Positions 46,724 to 60,110 are shown, counted from the stretch's first letter. The stretch is DNA of 64,000 nucleotides from Dimorphilus gyrociliatus (GCA_904063045.1 CAJFCJ010000006.1:1974946-2038945); one strand, 5' to 3'. Translations and numbers: made by a program. The notes: generated from the sequence alone by a model not told the origin.

Positions 46724-47923
46724 TCAAGGAATTTCAGGAGTAACATTCAGTATAACTGTTTCACCTCTAGGTCTCTTAGCAGTAACTTTTAGTTTAGTAC
46801 TTTCTTCGACGGCCGAATAAACATCCTTGGCTGATTGAATATCCTTGTCGTTAACATTTGTAATAACATCTCCTGCCCTTAAACCTGCTTTCCAGGCTGG
46901 GGATCCAACTATCACCTTATGTAATAGAACACCATGGTCAACCTCAGGAAAAGGGCCATCCATGACTCCTCGTATCTTTAGCTCCATTATTAGTCTAGGA
47001 TTTAGTGTAAGCATTGTAACGCCAATATATTTTTTAACTGGTGACAGCGATGTTGAACTAGAAGGTTTATCAAGTTTACTAGCTCTCTTCAAAAAGGGCT
47101 TAGCGTAATTGATAGGAATAGCGAAGGAAATTCCAGTAGTAACCTTCATAGTATTAATTCCTATAACTTCCCCATCGAGATTGACCAAAGGGCCGCCTGA
47201 ATTGCCAAAATTAATAACTGCATCTGTTTGAATATATTCCATATCGCTATTTCTTAATCCTAATTCCTTACTTCCTCTACCCGCAGAGCTTACTATTCCC
47301 AATGTGACAGTATTTGATAGTTGAAAAGGAGAGCCCATAGCAATGACCCATTCTCCTGGATCTAGTTGAGAGCTATCTCCCAATTGAAAGATAGGCAAAT
47401 TAGAAGCATTTATTTTAATCGTAGCCATATCTGTTACTCGATCGACCGCTTGTACTACACCTTCGAAAGATCTACCATCCTGTAGTCGGACTAAGACAGT
47501 TCGTCTATTAGCTAAGACATGGGCGTTTGTTAATATCACTCCAGACGGATCAACAATAAATCCAGAACCATTGGATACAGGAATCATTTTTCTACCTGAT
47601 GGATGAGGGCTTTGAATTTCAATGTAAACAACCGCAGGGGATACTTTCTTGACAACCTCAGCTATAAAATTATTATTACTTCTATTCGATATAGCATATA
47701 CTGGATTTACTTGTAGTTCTTTTAAACCTACATATGATGCAAGACCTATGGATGAGATGGTAACTGTTTTTTTCAGGAGTTTTAAGAAGCGTTCATATCT
47801 CTCTGAGTGAGGTTGAGAAGAAAATTTCTTCCTAAAAATTCCATTGGTTAGCGGTAGCCGAAGATTTTTAAAAGTTTTACTTTTTAAAAGTAGATTAAAA
47901 GATCTAAGGATAAGTGCAGTCAT
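46724..47923 (-). CDS. HTRA2: Mitochondrial serine protease HtrA2/Omi (presequence, TM, trypsin-like domain, PDZ), intronless
   Basis: Catalytic triad TNAHV / DMA / GNSGGPL, plus SNGSGFIV and a PDZ domain (YIGVTML...GLRAGDVI). Confidence 0.95.
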   Translation of the reverse strand: MTALILRSFNLLLKSKTFKNLRLPLTNGIFRKKFSSQPHSERYERFLKLLKKTVTISSIGLASYVGLKELQVNPVYAISNRSNNNFIAEVVKKVSPAVVYIEIQSPHPSGRKMIPVSNGSGFIVDPSGVILTNAHVLANRRTVLVRLQDGRSFEGVVQAVDRVTDMATIKINASNLPIFQLGDSSQLDPGEWVIAMGSPFQLSNTVTLGIVSSAGRGSKELGLRNSDMEYIQTDAVINFGNSGGPLVNLDGEVIGINTMKVTTGISFAIPINYAKPFLKRASKLDKPSSSTSLSPVKKYIGVTMLTLNPRLIMELKIRGVMDGPFPEVDHGVLLHKVIVGSPAWKAGLRAGDVITNVNDKDIQSAKDVYSAVEESTKLKVTAKRPRGETVILNVTPEIP

Positions 47924-47971
47924 TTTTTTTAAATCAGTGAAATATTCTCTCAGTGACCTGAAAACTGGTAA

Positions 47972-50189
47972 ATGGCTCCCTTAACAAGTCATGCTTTACG
48001 AACAATTTGCCAAAATAGGATCATCCTTGGGCAATTAAATCCAAAAATCGTCCAAAAGTAAGCTTTATTAATTAAAGATAAATTTATTATTCAATTTTCT
48101 TTTTAAAAAAAATTTCAGTTCATCTATTTCTTCAATTAGTTATTGTCAAAGTCGCCGAATAGCTATTTCATCAGTTTCTTATGACAGTTCAAAAGATATA
48201 AAGACTCCTTCAAAATTGAAAACTGTTGCTGTTAAAAAATATGTTGGATTGTTAGGAAAATTCGAACAAACTTTGGAAAATAAGTATCCAAAGGCTCATA
48301 AAATATTTCTCTTTTTTAGGCAGGGTAGGTTTTCTATAGATTCAATTACTATATATTAAGATATCAACATAAAACATTTCATTAGGTGTAAAAGATTTTT
48401 TTGCCGACACAAAAATGCACTATAAAGTGACAACAGACTTATGGAAAGGCCGTAGTCCAAAAACATTTACTTGGAGGGAGTTGGAAAATTATAGAACCGT
48501 AAGCCATTGTCTATAAGTCTTTCTCGATTTGTAGGCCATTTTTTTTTCATGTTAACATTTTAATGACCTTGGTTTTTAAGAAAAATTATCGTTTAGTTTA
48601 AAGTTTAGCTATTGAATGCTGTTGTATATCTTTATTAGTTTCCTAAAGATTTGATGAAAGTCGGTCCATCCGTTGTTCTTCTCAATTTGCCAATCACAGA
48701 TGTTCTTTTTCCTTTTGTTATGTAAGTTTAACCAAGAGATACTAATCTAGATAGAAGCTACAATTAAGTGAAAAAATATTAGTATGAATGCTTGTAGTTT
48801 ACAAAGGGGTTATAGATGATAGCAAACAGGTGAAGTACATTTTATACCTAGTAGAGGATAAGAGTAATTGATAATAAAAAAAAACGTTTAACAGCATGAA
48901 ATCTATAGAATTTACTACAAACGTTTTTTTTTCGGAAGCTGAGCTGATAATTAATAATGTTTCTCATTTCAAACAGCATTTATATGACATTATGAAATCT
49001 GCTCCAGCTTTAGTAATATTCGCCGCTCCTGGCGGTTATGCTTTGCTTCCGATTGTGTGAGTGATGGGATAGTAAGACTTAATTATAATCAATAAAGTGA
49101 TTCTGGAGAATTCTCTCAAAACTGTTTTAAATCAATTATTACCCAACTATTAATAATTATTAATTTCTTTCTAAACAATTCTACTGATTCTTTCTATTAT
49201 AATCAATTTATCTATTTGGAAAATAAGCTGAAACCTTCATTGACCTTGAAAGAATGATAATGTAAAGTAGAACTTCAGAGTTACTTATAAGTTGATCCTT
49301 CCATATAATCTCATTATTATGGAAATTTATACATATATATATATAAATGTCAATTTTATTTTAGATACTTCTTTCCGAGGCAGCTGTTGTGCAAACATTT
49401 CTGGACTGAGGAACAGCGAGAAAAATTTGGATTGTATTACTTTAATCATAGAATTAAACACTATCCTAATATCATGCACTATATGGAGCAACATTCAAAA
49501 GATATTAAAAAAGAGGATCTAAAGTTGAAATTCAATAATTTATTGCAACAAGTTTGTATCTATACTTTTATATTGCGGTTGAACAACAGAATTTGTAAAA
49601 ATATAAATTGTTAATCTATAGATTCAAGGGGGAAAGAATGGAACAATTGAAGATCTTCTTGCAATCGAACGACTTTTTGTTAATAGACCATTTGCTTTAG
49701 GTTTTTTATCTAAGGTTCATAGAATACATTATTGGCATATTGCTAAAAGTTGGTCGTTTTCAACTTGGAGAAAATCGAAATTAATTCAAGATATTCAGCT
49801 TATACATTATATTGATTTGGCTTTAGATAAGGAGAATTTAAACGAATTGACCAATGATGATTTAAAGACGGTAAAATATGATTAATTAATTTCTGTATAA
49901 GATTGAAACTTGTTTATTTTTCAGTTGTGTTTTTCAAGGGGTCTTTGCCCTGTAGAGGTCGATAGAGATACTTTAGTAAACTACTTAGAAGAATGGATAA
50001 AATTGAGCAAAAATATCAATGGTATACTAATTCATATTATCATTTGCCTGAGAAAACTTTAATAATTTCTCTTTTTGATTTATAGAAAATAATTTATCGT
50101 TGCTGTTACACGCTCCTGTTTTGCTAACCTACAGAAGTAAATCAAATCAAGATTTGATAGAGAAATGCGAACCTATTAAAAATAATTAA
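47972..50189 (+). CDS. LETMD1: LETM1 domain-containing protein 1 (mitochondrial), about 9 exons
   Basis: Presequence-like N-terminus, FTWRELE, FPKDLMKVGP, AAPGGYALLP, LCFSRGL, LEEWIKLS and LSLLLHAPVLL. Junctions checked at both ends keep the frame. Confidence 0.8.
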
Positions 50190-50789
50190 CTTTTTCTATA
50201 TTACGTAGATTAATTATAATTCTCAAAATATAAGAGCAAAATGCTCCTATTCTTTTTCTATGTTGAAGATATTATCTGAACGAAGAAAGTTTAAGTAGAC
50301 AAGTAGTTCACTTTAGAATGACATTTTTTTTCTTTGATTCTTTTCGTTTTTTATTGAGTTTAATTTATTTTTTAAGTGAACTTAAAAACTTGTTTTTGAG
50401 ATCTAGTAAACTTTGACTGAGGACTTTAACGATAAAATCTGACCAACTGACCTACATATCTTGAAGGAGATTTTTTTATACAAACAAGACTACAATACGG
50501 ATAATAGTATTAATTTTCCGAATCTCTGGCAGGAAGTGTGTAGTGGACTGTTTATATTTTTTATTTCCGGATATAACTCGAAACGAAATTTTTGTCATAT
50601 TTAGTCCAAAATAATTAAGTAATACAATATTTTATAACGGAATTATCAGTATTAGTTTAAATTAGTGTATATATTGAGAGAGTCTAGAGGTGCGTTAAAA
50701 CAAAAACCTACTAATAACTGTAGCAGAAAACATAACATGTCAAAATATAGTTAGGCCTAAGGAATCAAAATTAAGAGAATATTCGAAAA

Positions 50790-53700
50790 ATGTGGAGTAA
50801 TGGTATTCTGAAAGAAGGGCCTCTATTATTGTCTACTTGTCTTTTAGCTGACGTAAGTATTACTATATCAAAGATATACCATTTAACCTCCTGTTGAACT
50901 CTATCCTTATGCATATTTCACTAGAATTCCAAATTCAATTTTACAGTATAATCGGTAATATCTAATATTTTTCCTTTCATTAAATATATATATATATATA
51001 TATAATTAGGGCAAATATTTAACAATGATTAAACAGCAGTCATAAACCGTTATTTTTTTTCGCTATCAATTATATATAAAAAATCTCTTGAATCTAATTT
51101 TATTCCTGATATATTCATTCCTCTGATATCAATTATTTCTATTTAAATATTTTACATACATTTCAGAATCAACGACTCTGGGAAGAATATTATTTCGTAC
51201 TCTTGCACATAGATAAAAGTGAACCTAGACTCAATTACTATCAAGTAATTAATTAATTATAATGATTAATAACTGTTTATGCATACTATATAAAAAGATA
51301 TACACTGTATATACACTAATGTATTATATCATAGAACCAAGAGGAATTTAAACAATACAAAATTGGAAGAAAGAATGAAGTTAAAAGTATATATGTTCAA
51401 ATTATTGAGAAATTAGAAGATATTCCTGATGAAGATCAGCAATATATGTTTCTGTAATTAATTAAATTATATTAAATGTTCATTTAATCATTATTTTTTT
51501 CTTTAATAGGGCTAAATTAAAAGATGGAAAAGCTTATTATTTTGCTGCTACATCTCTTGATGATAAATTATCTTGGATTGATTCTATAAGAATCTGTTTA
51601 AAAAATTCAATAAGTGATGATAAACCAAAAAGACTATGCTCTTCTGCATTTTCAAGTGCAGACGATCTTGGTAGAACTTTGGTTTTATATCTTTATCTTA
51701 ATAATCTTTAAAATATTTTAGGAGTGCTCATCAAATCCTATAAAGTTGAAGTAAAAGAGACAACTGCATCACAAAGGTGTAACATTGAAGTTGGAGCCGA
51801 CATCTACGAACTTAAAGTCTATACAAATTCGCTGTGTTTACATATTGGTGATCAAATTCTTTATAAATGGCCGTTTGCCTTCATAAGACGTTATGGTCGA
51901 ACAACGCATAAATTCACTTTTGAAGCTGGAAGAAAGGTGATATTTAACACATTTGTTTATTTATTTGTCAGAAAATTTATTGAAGATAAATTACTTATAT
52001 ATTTTTAACTAATACTAATGCTAACGCTAAGGCTTAACTTCGCACAAGTACTTTCTAGGTATGTTACAGGCAGATAATTTCCAATTATTAGACAATTTGG
52101 AATACCAAGGACATCCTATAGTGTTATTGTTCGAAAATCCGCTTCCTATATCCCAATCTTGGAAATTTAGCACAACCCCTATAATAAAGAGTAATAAATA
52201 ATTGTAGACAAATATATACACTGTATATACAGTATATATGTATATATCAATTTATACTGTATATATACATTATATATGTCTATCTTAACCTGTTTCAATC
52301 CAGTACCAAGTATCGTTTACACGATGTAAACCTAACCAAAAATCATCAGTAGGTCCTCCTAAGTTAATAGATTTCCATAATTTATACTTGCTGATATCAT
52401 CGAACGACGCCTGTTTAGCTGGCGAAAACTCGAAACATTGTGATTGTCCATATTCATTAGAGCCATTTGTCAATTTGTAGCAGATAGTATTATGAAAACC
52501 ACTGCATTTCCAGGAGCTATCGATGACCGTTAATGTTGTCTGTTTCAAAGGCTTTGTTGTGGTTTTCTCTTTTGTCATTAATTCTGAAGTTGACAGGCTA
52601 TCTGATGTTGTTTTTAATCCAAGACTAGTAGTCTCTATTGAAGTATCTAGTTTATGTATTTTATTAGGAGTCGTTGAAATAGCCGATTCAGTTGTTTTTA
52701 CAGAAGTTTCTTGTTTATTGACAAATGTTGTCTTTAAATTTGTTGTTTTCGTACTTATTTCCGATTGATCAGTGATCCCAGTTTGACTGCTTGTTACACT
52801 AGGATATTTAGTTGTCTCAAGAATATCTTGATTGCAAGCAGGCTGCCCTAGAAAAAAATAGATAATTGATGAGCTTTTATCGTAAATTTATATTTGATTC
52901 TGTATATTTTAATAAGAATACTGTATAAATGGCAAGCTCTTGGTTCTTTGCAATTTTGACAAACCAGATAGTTGATGTTAGAGAGGTTTAAGTGATGCTT
53001 TAAGTAGAATCCTTCAGGACACAATTTGCTATAACAAGATTCAGCCTTTAGACATTCTATAGCACAGCTTATACTGTTAACGGGTATTTTTAAGGGAGGG
53101 ATTTCTACTCTAAAGTATCCATATGCATAATCCTGCGATCTGTAGAGACTAGGCACTGTGGATAGCGTTGCGTCTATAAAAATTAGGATTAGTGATAAAA
53201 ATGCAATATCAAATGCCATTGCTGGATAAAGAATGATTCGAAGTTTATGAAAGATGCTCTACTAATACGAATAAATACGTAATAATAATAATAATTTCCT
53301 TTTGTCCCTTTAACAGTCGGACAGCGGAGAAGGGTTATTCATTTTCGGATTAAACCCCGAGATCGAAGATAGACGAAACAAAGGCGAAAATGTTCCAAAC
53401 GATTTTCCAATAGGCGACGAATTATTTAATTGTGCACGTGATCAATTCTCAAGTAAGGGAAAAAATACTGGTTCATTGGAAAAGCCTAAACTCCCACCTA
53501 GAAATGATGCTCTTCATACAAGCAAACCCCTACCTCCAGCTCCAATTTTGCAAGAGAAAAAATCGAATTTCCAAGAAGACTCTAGTCAAGACAGTAGTCG
53601 TAAGTGACATAAAACGTTTAACAAATTAAGCCTTAAGTAGTAATCTCTTATGTAACTTATTTTTAGCTGTCGGTACAATGAGATCAATGAGAGATTTGAT

Positions 53701-53851
53701 AGAACTAACAAAAGTAACGCCATTCGAATCAAATTCAGACTATTCAACAATCTCTTTGGCTCAAGCAGCAAGAGGTCAAACAACAGATCCCACTGAAATG
53801 CACGAAAATCCGTACGTCGACCCAGAAGAATTAGATTTTAAACGCTTATGA
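50790..53851 (+). CDS. DOK-family docking protein (PH domain, IRS-type PTB domain, Pro/Tyr-motif tail); 7 exons
   Basis: PH: ILKEGPL...WEEYYFVL...YFAA....KLSWIDSI. PTB: WPFAFIRRYG...FTFEAGRK|SDSGEGLFIF. Tail: PKLPPR, PLPPAP, NPYVDP. Confidence 0.85.
52027..53219 (-). CDS. Secreted Cys-rich/Thr-rich (mucin-like stalk) C-type-lectin-domain protein nested in the DOK intron; exons about 52922-53219, 52288-52848, 52027-52175
   Basis: Signal peptide MAFDIAFLSLILIFIDA and a CAIEC..ESC segment, followed by a T/S-rich stalk. C-type lectin motifs ICYK, FWLGL, WYW, W, GC, WKLSAC and YLCE. Confidence 0.85.
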
Positions 53852-54489
53852 TAAAACTCCCATAAAGAATGTAATCATAATCATGACACTAACAATAAAC
53901 TTTACATAGGTGCTTTCTTACGTTGTCCTCTAATATAAAATTAGGAAAAACTTAAAAAAAAAATTCATACAAGTCGCTTTGTAGATGTTTTTCCCCTACT
54001 TTTTAAAAAAGTTTGTTAACCTTTTTGCTAAACGTCAAAGCTTAAATAAACATAAACAGTTATTTACATACAATATACGTTATATTATTTGATATTAACC
54101 TAATTTTTGTTTATACTCTTTGTTATTAGCTATCTTTTTCTTATAAATAAAAAGAAATATTTAGCGTTATTAATTTTATATAGAAGAGATTGAAAAAGAA
54201 AACAAGTATATTTAAAATGTTTGTCTCCAAATTATTCAAGTCAGTAATACGCAATTTATTCATAATTGTTAATGCTGAACAGACCTATTATACAAGTGAC
54301 AAACGCAAGATCAAGCAGTACTTTGAACATTTTAATTACGCTATTATGGCAAAATTTGCTTTAGTGCAACAAAATGATTAATCAAAAAAAGTACAAATAG
54401 AATTCATAAACGTCGTCTAAAAGAATTTTTAGCTGAAGGATTAAACTTGAAAAGTAATGCTTGTTTCTTTTTTATTGTTTTTTTATTAC

Positions 54490-55811
54490 TTATTCTTTGG
54501 CAGGGTTACGATTTTTCAAAGCACTTAATAAATCTACATGAAGATTCTCTCTTTGCGCGGTATTGCTTTCCTCAATCGATCTTAAGCCATTGACAATATC
54601 TTTCGTCTTTCCGAAGTAAATGTCATTCATTGTATTACGAATTTTGTTCTCCATATCCTGAATGAATGAATAGGTTGTATAAATAATCCATAATTAAGTA
54701 CGTTCACATATATACACATATATATATATATATATACTGTATATATCATAGAACGAAAATACACATAGCAATAAAACTTATCCTAGAAAATTCAATATGC
54801 TTACCTCAACCATTCTCCCCATGTTTACAATGTGCGTTTGGGCTTCGCTGATGGATAGATCATCTTCTCTTTGTCTGGTAATTTGACCGCCCAAGTGCAT
54901 GTTTCCTGATGCCTCCTTGTTTGTATTCAACCAGAGCATGGCCGTGGAAGTTAAGCGATAATGAGCACTCTTGCCACTTGCCTTTTCCTGAACTTCAAAA
55001 ACGTGCATAGAATCCCATTGACCGGTAATCATTTTTGAGCCATCGCCTTGTTTCTTCAGTAGTACACAAGCAGCAAAACAATGATCTAAATCCCAGAAGT
55101 ATACAGAAGAAATTCCTCCTTCGAAATACATTTCCCTATATTGGTCGAAAGCTTCATTACCTTCTAACTCCATTTGTCTTAATCTATTCGACGGGACAGT
55201 ACCATCGTCCAAAGGAGGAAAATAACTATTAGACCAAGGTGACCTATAAGAGTCTCCATCTCTATTATAATCGCAAATCAAGAAGTCTTTTCCTATAACC
55301 GTATCACGCATAATTTGTAGGGGCCTGTCAACAGCGGCAAGTAAATCTTCCAGAATATCTGGGGCTAAATCAATTATTTTCTCTATATTATCATCAACTT
55401 TTTGAGGGGGAAGCCTCCGGAATAAGTCTAATGCGGAATCTAACTTTTCAGCCTGTCGATAAAGAAATTGTTGTTATGTAATTACAGAGAGGAAATTAGT
55501 GACAATATATCTAATATCATACAAAATACCTAATAATCAACAAACAAAGAGTAAATTTTGAAATAATTAAATTGAAAACAATTTTTAAATGAATTTTTAA
55601 TTCTATATTTAAATATGTTGATCTCTAATTAAAAGCTCTTTATCCTTCTGAAACTTTCCGTGAACCGGTGGATAATTCAGGAAATGAAAAGGTGAAATAA
55701 TTTTTTGAATCATTGCATTAATAATTATTTTTTGTCCGAATAAAATATAGGAACTCATGCTTATTAAATAGAAAAATGATAAAACAATATCATTAGCAAA
55801 AGTCTTACCAT
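54490..55811 (-). CDS. CAPZB: F-actin capping protein subunit beta; exons 55809-55811 (ATG only), 54805-55452, 54490-54658
   Basis: [40 protein letters not shown] and [14 protein letters not shown]. Confidence 0.96.
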
Positions 55812-56347
55812 TTTAGCTTCTTAATACGTTATTTTACTCCCACCTCCTATAGAAAAACCGGATATAAAATTATCGGAAGTTGTTATGTTTTTGATATGGA
55901 ATCCTGTACCGTTTACACATCCGCTATGGGAAATACGGCTCAGAATTCGCTACCTTACTATAACAACCACGTGACTTTAAAAAACCTTATCAGTGGACAA
56001 AAGTTTTTAATACACCGCTATGTTTTATATAGGTTTTTTTTAAAGGATATCCAATCCTGATAAAGCATTCTTCCGAATTTATGATCAGTTTCCTAAAATA
56101 GATGAAGTTATTGATATATTATTGCGATTACAAAATACAGTAAAAAGTATCCTCCGTTCAAGAACTTTTTTATTAAACTTTAATTGTCAATAGAATTAGC
56201 TGAACAATCACATTAAATATATTAATTATTTCCTTATTTTTCAGTTTGTTGTCATAAATTTTTTAACTTTTAGTATTAACAATAAATAACAATGGTAAGT
56301 TTGAATGAATGTTTTCTGCGTTCAAGTGATACAGCATAATAGGCTAG

Positions 56348-58036
56348 TCAATTTACGATTGATCTAAACAAGAATATCGAAGTTAAGCCAGTTAAAATGG
56401 AACAAACATAAAGAACACCCCTTAAATATTTATTATGTTTGTAGGGATCATAGATAGTTATTATAAAGTCGTCACTTTGACGGAAAGCTTCGCAAATTCG
56501 TCTAGCCGATCTATGAGAATCGGTAGCTATAGTCGCTGAGTTTGCGTCAATTTTACGTATGTTAACAAAACCGTATGAACCCAAGATTTTAGTTAAATCT
56601 TCAATCGAAGTTCTATTTCCGTAACGTAAAATTTTAGCATACAAGTGAGGAGGTCTTCTGCTTGAGGGTTCAACCCCGATTATATTCAAATGATCCGATT
56701 TAGCTTGTATAAGATTAATGCGATTTTCACAATTTTTAACGGAAGATAATAACTCAATAAATCTCATGGGCCCAACTTTTGATAATGCGTTGTCGTGTTG
56801 AGCTAGAACATGTGCTAATCTTAAGAACACATCACAGCAAATGTATGCATCGCAACCTGCCTCATGTAGAACAAGTTCCGTTTCGTATTTCTTATTCTTT
56901 GTATGACGAACACGAGGTTTGTTCAATAGCTGATCACCAGCGTTAACGAGACTTTGATGAAGTTCGATAAGACCGCCTGTTGTTTCAATCTGATAGGTTT
57001 TGAGAGTTTTTACATTCCTGTAAGAAATCTAAAGAATAAATAAAATAGATTTATTAATAGAATACATGCATACTATTGAATATGTTTTTAAATAAATATA
57101 GAATATGAATAATTACTTGTTTTGTATCATAAATAATTGGAAAAAGTTCGTGTAATTCGGCTTTAAACAGCTTTAAACTATTTGGTAAAGATTTATAGCA
57201 TTTTTCAAACAAAAATATAAGATCAGCCAAACAGTTGTGTCCTATTATTGGTTTTTTTGCGGCTATCATCTCTCTAAATACGGTTGTAAAGCCAAGGATT
57301 CTTTCAGTTTCGATTTCGGAATTAATAGATTCCTTTAAAGCTCTCACGTCTTTTTTATTCTTTTTTATAACCTGAACATAGCCTTGGGCAGAGTCATAGG
57401 TCCAAACGTTATTGAATCTCTCGCGTATTTCTTCATGTAAAATCTCACCAAAGGCTTCCTGGCGTTCGGCAATTGTGATAGACTCTCCTTCCTTAGCGTT
57501 TGTTACCCATTCGCTAATCATTGAGAAGATAGTATTTACGGAATGGCTTAATCTCCTATTACTCTCCCAATAGAGCTCTTCTTCGTTATCATTCATAAGC
57601 GAAATACCATTCATCCATTTTTGCATATCGAATCCTAAATAATTGTCAACATTCAGTTTCTTCTATTCAATAGAAAAAATTGAAACTTACCATTTCTTGT
57701 TAGAAATTCTAACGCTTCCGAATCAACCCTAAACTGTCTTCGTAAACGGTTAAATGTTAAAGGGAAAGTGTAAAAATTATAACAAGTAACAGTAAATATC
57801 CCTGGAGATTCTTCTTTAAGACAACAAACGCCTGCCTGAATTATTTCAAATGCTTTCGCAATTTCGCGAAGTTTACGATAACGGTCTTGAGCAATATCGA
57901 ATAATGAAGTCGATTCAACATTTTTTATATAAATTCCTGAAAATTCGCAATCTATTGCTAAGGCTATAGATTCCTGTATGTCCCTACGAATTTCCGGTAG
58001 TAATTCAATAAAGTTGCTGTTTGTAATGTCGCACAT
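56348..58036 (-). CDS. PNLDC1: PARN-like DEDD 3'-5' exonuclease with C-terminal TM anchor (PNLDC1, pre-piRNA trimmer-like); 3 exons
   Basis: AIDCEFSG, IIQAG, CYNFY, GFDMQKW, IIGHNCLADL, YDTK and LHEAGCDAY, plus a hydrophobic tail GVLYVCSILTGLTSIFLF. Confidence 0.85.
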
Positions 58037-60110
58037 AGTCGGTCTATTTCTTAAAAGGTAAGTTATTTATTTATTAAAGCCTCAAACAAATTTTTTTAAA
58101 TTTGGGATAGGGAGTAAACCTCGTTGTATGAAACTTTTTACCAAAGAACACTGAATAAAGATAATTAACACCCTATCAATTTTTTCCATCCTTAAAGTGA
58201 TAGTGGCTCCCTCTATAGTGACATATTAAGTCATTCTTAAACGACTTTGATGCATAGCAATCTTTGTTTTCAATTAAACGTTCATTTGTGGCGTATTAAT
58301 TTATTAATGATTAATAAAATCATATTGCAATACTTTTCCATTTGAGTATTTAAATACGCAGAATTTTATCATTAAAATGGTAAATAATACAAAATAAAGA
58401 ACATTTTCGTAGGGTGAGAAGAATAAATTATATATTCAGGGAGCTATTTAGTTGCCATCGTGCCTAAATTAGGTAATCAGCTACAACTGTATTGCAGAAC
58501 TATTCCATTATCACTAATTCACGAGAAAGGAAAGGGTTTGTCCTATATCAGAAAGAGACAAAAAATCAAGAGATTCCTCCAGGATCTTTCGAATACGAAT
58601 ACGAAAAATAGATTTTTGAGAGAAAAACCAATATATCATTAAGAAATGTTCGAATAATTAATATGTAGAATAGAATAAGTGATAGAAGAGATAGGACATT
58701 CCCTCTAGACATAAATTATAGAGCAAATGAAAGCAGAAAAATAAATAATAATAACTAGAGTAACTGTAATTATAGATATATTATTATAGATGTAGATTGC
58801 TCTGAAAAAGAGCCACTTCCCTTGTACTGAATAAATAAAGACTAAGATTGATCAACTGAAACATTTTAGCAAAATAGAACCATCATATATAATACAATAT
58901 CGGCTATAAAAGCAAGGAAACAAACTATTTTTAGATTGTGTGTACGTGTATGAGATTGTTATGTGTCACTTTAGAAGAATAAATACAGCATATAAGAACA
59001 GATTATTATTTTTTTAAAAACTATTTAGAGATATTAATCCTATTTTCTCCTTGTTAATCTAATCGATAGTATTATACCTATCAGAAAATTAGGATTTATC
59101 GAGAAAAGTAGCAATATATAGTATATTTATGTAGATATATATATATGTCTATAATGTACAGCATATGCCAAAAGAAAAAAAATCCAAAAGAAATCAAACA
59201 CCAAATGGATTTGGGCCTGTGACCCAGCTAAAAAAGTATTAGGCCCATAATATTATACCCAAATAGCCCAAATAACATTGTTAATACAATTTATCATTGT
59301 AAACCTATCTATCAGTCTAATAATAGCGGTATTCAGTTTATTGAATATTGCACAGTCTTTTTTTGTATACAAATGAAAGTTTCTTTCCTGTTAGAAAACT
59401 TATTAGTTTAAAAAAATTAAAACTAGCGAAAACTTTAACAATATACATAAAAGAACCTTATTCAGAATATTTATGCAAAATTATTACCTAACCTTTCACG
59501 GCACCACGGAAATCAAATGAAAGAAAAATAACATAAAGGAAAGAATTGACTTTTCTACATCTACACTCAACGATACAGGCGGAATAAATTGTGAATTAAC
59601 ACATTTTATAAAAAATTGTTTAATAATTGAATGGTAAACGCTAAAGATGGGGGCTGATGTATCATTTTTTTTTGTGTTGCAATACATTAAGTATTTTAAG
59701 TATAGAACTCTTGAGGGAAGAATCAATGGAATGAACAATTATTTTTTTTCTGTTTACTTCAACAGCATGATTATACTGTATGTATATAATTACAGTATTC
59801 TTATACGATTATCAAAAGTGAACATTTGGCTATTTTACAATTAGAAATTTCTACAATCCGCCCAGAACCGACAAAGAATTTCAAAACCGATATTCTGACA
59901 TAACTTGAACTACCGTTATACAAAAACACAAGGATTTTAAAAGGTCAATTTAGAATAATCATTAAAAAATAGTTACATGTATAATATATATACTGTATAT
60001 ATACATATATACTGCATATATGGATATATACGTAAAACTACATACAAATTAATTTACATGAAATGTACAGACAAAAAACAGTTTTCTTAAACCCACCAAT
60101 TTTGGAATCT

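Noticed and set aside
59205-59275. Short TGGGCCT...AGGCCCA inverted repeat as a possible MITE end
   Set aside because: Only about 7 bp, with no target-site duplication and no second copy in the window.
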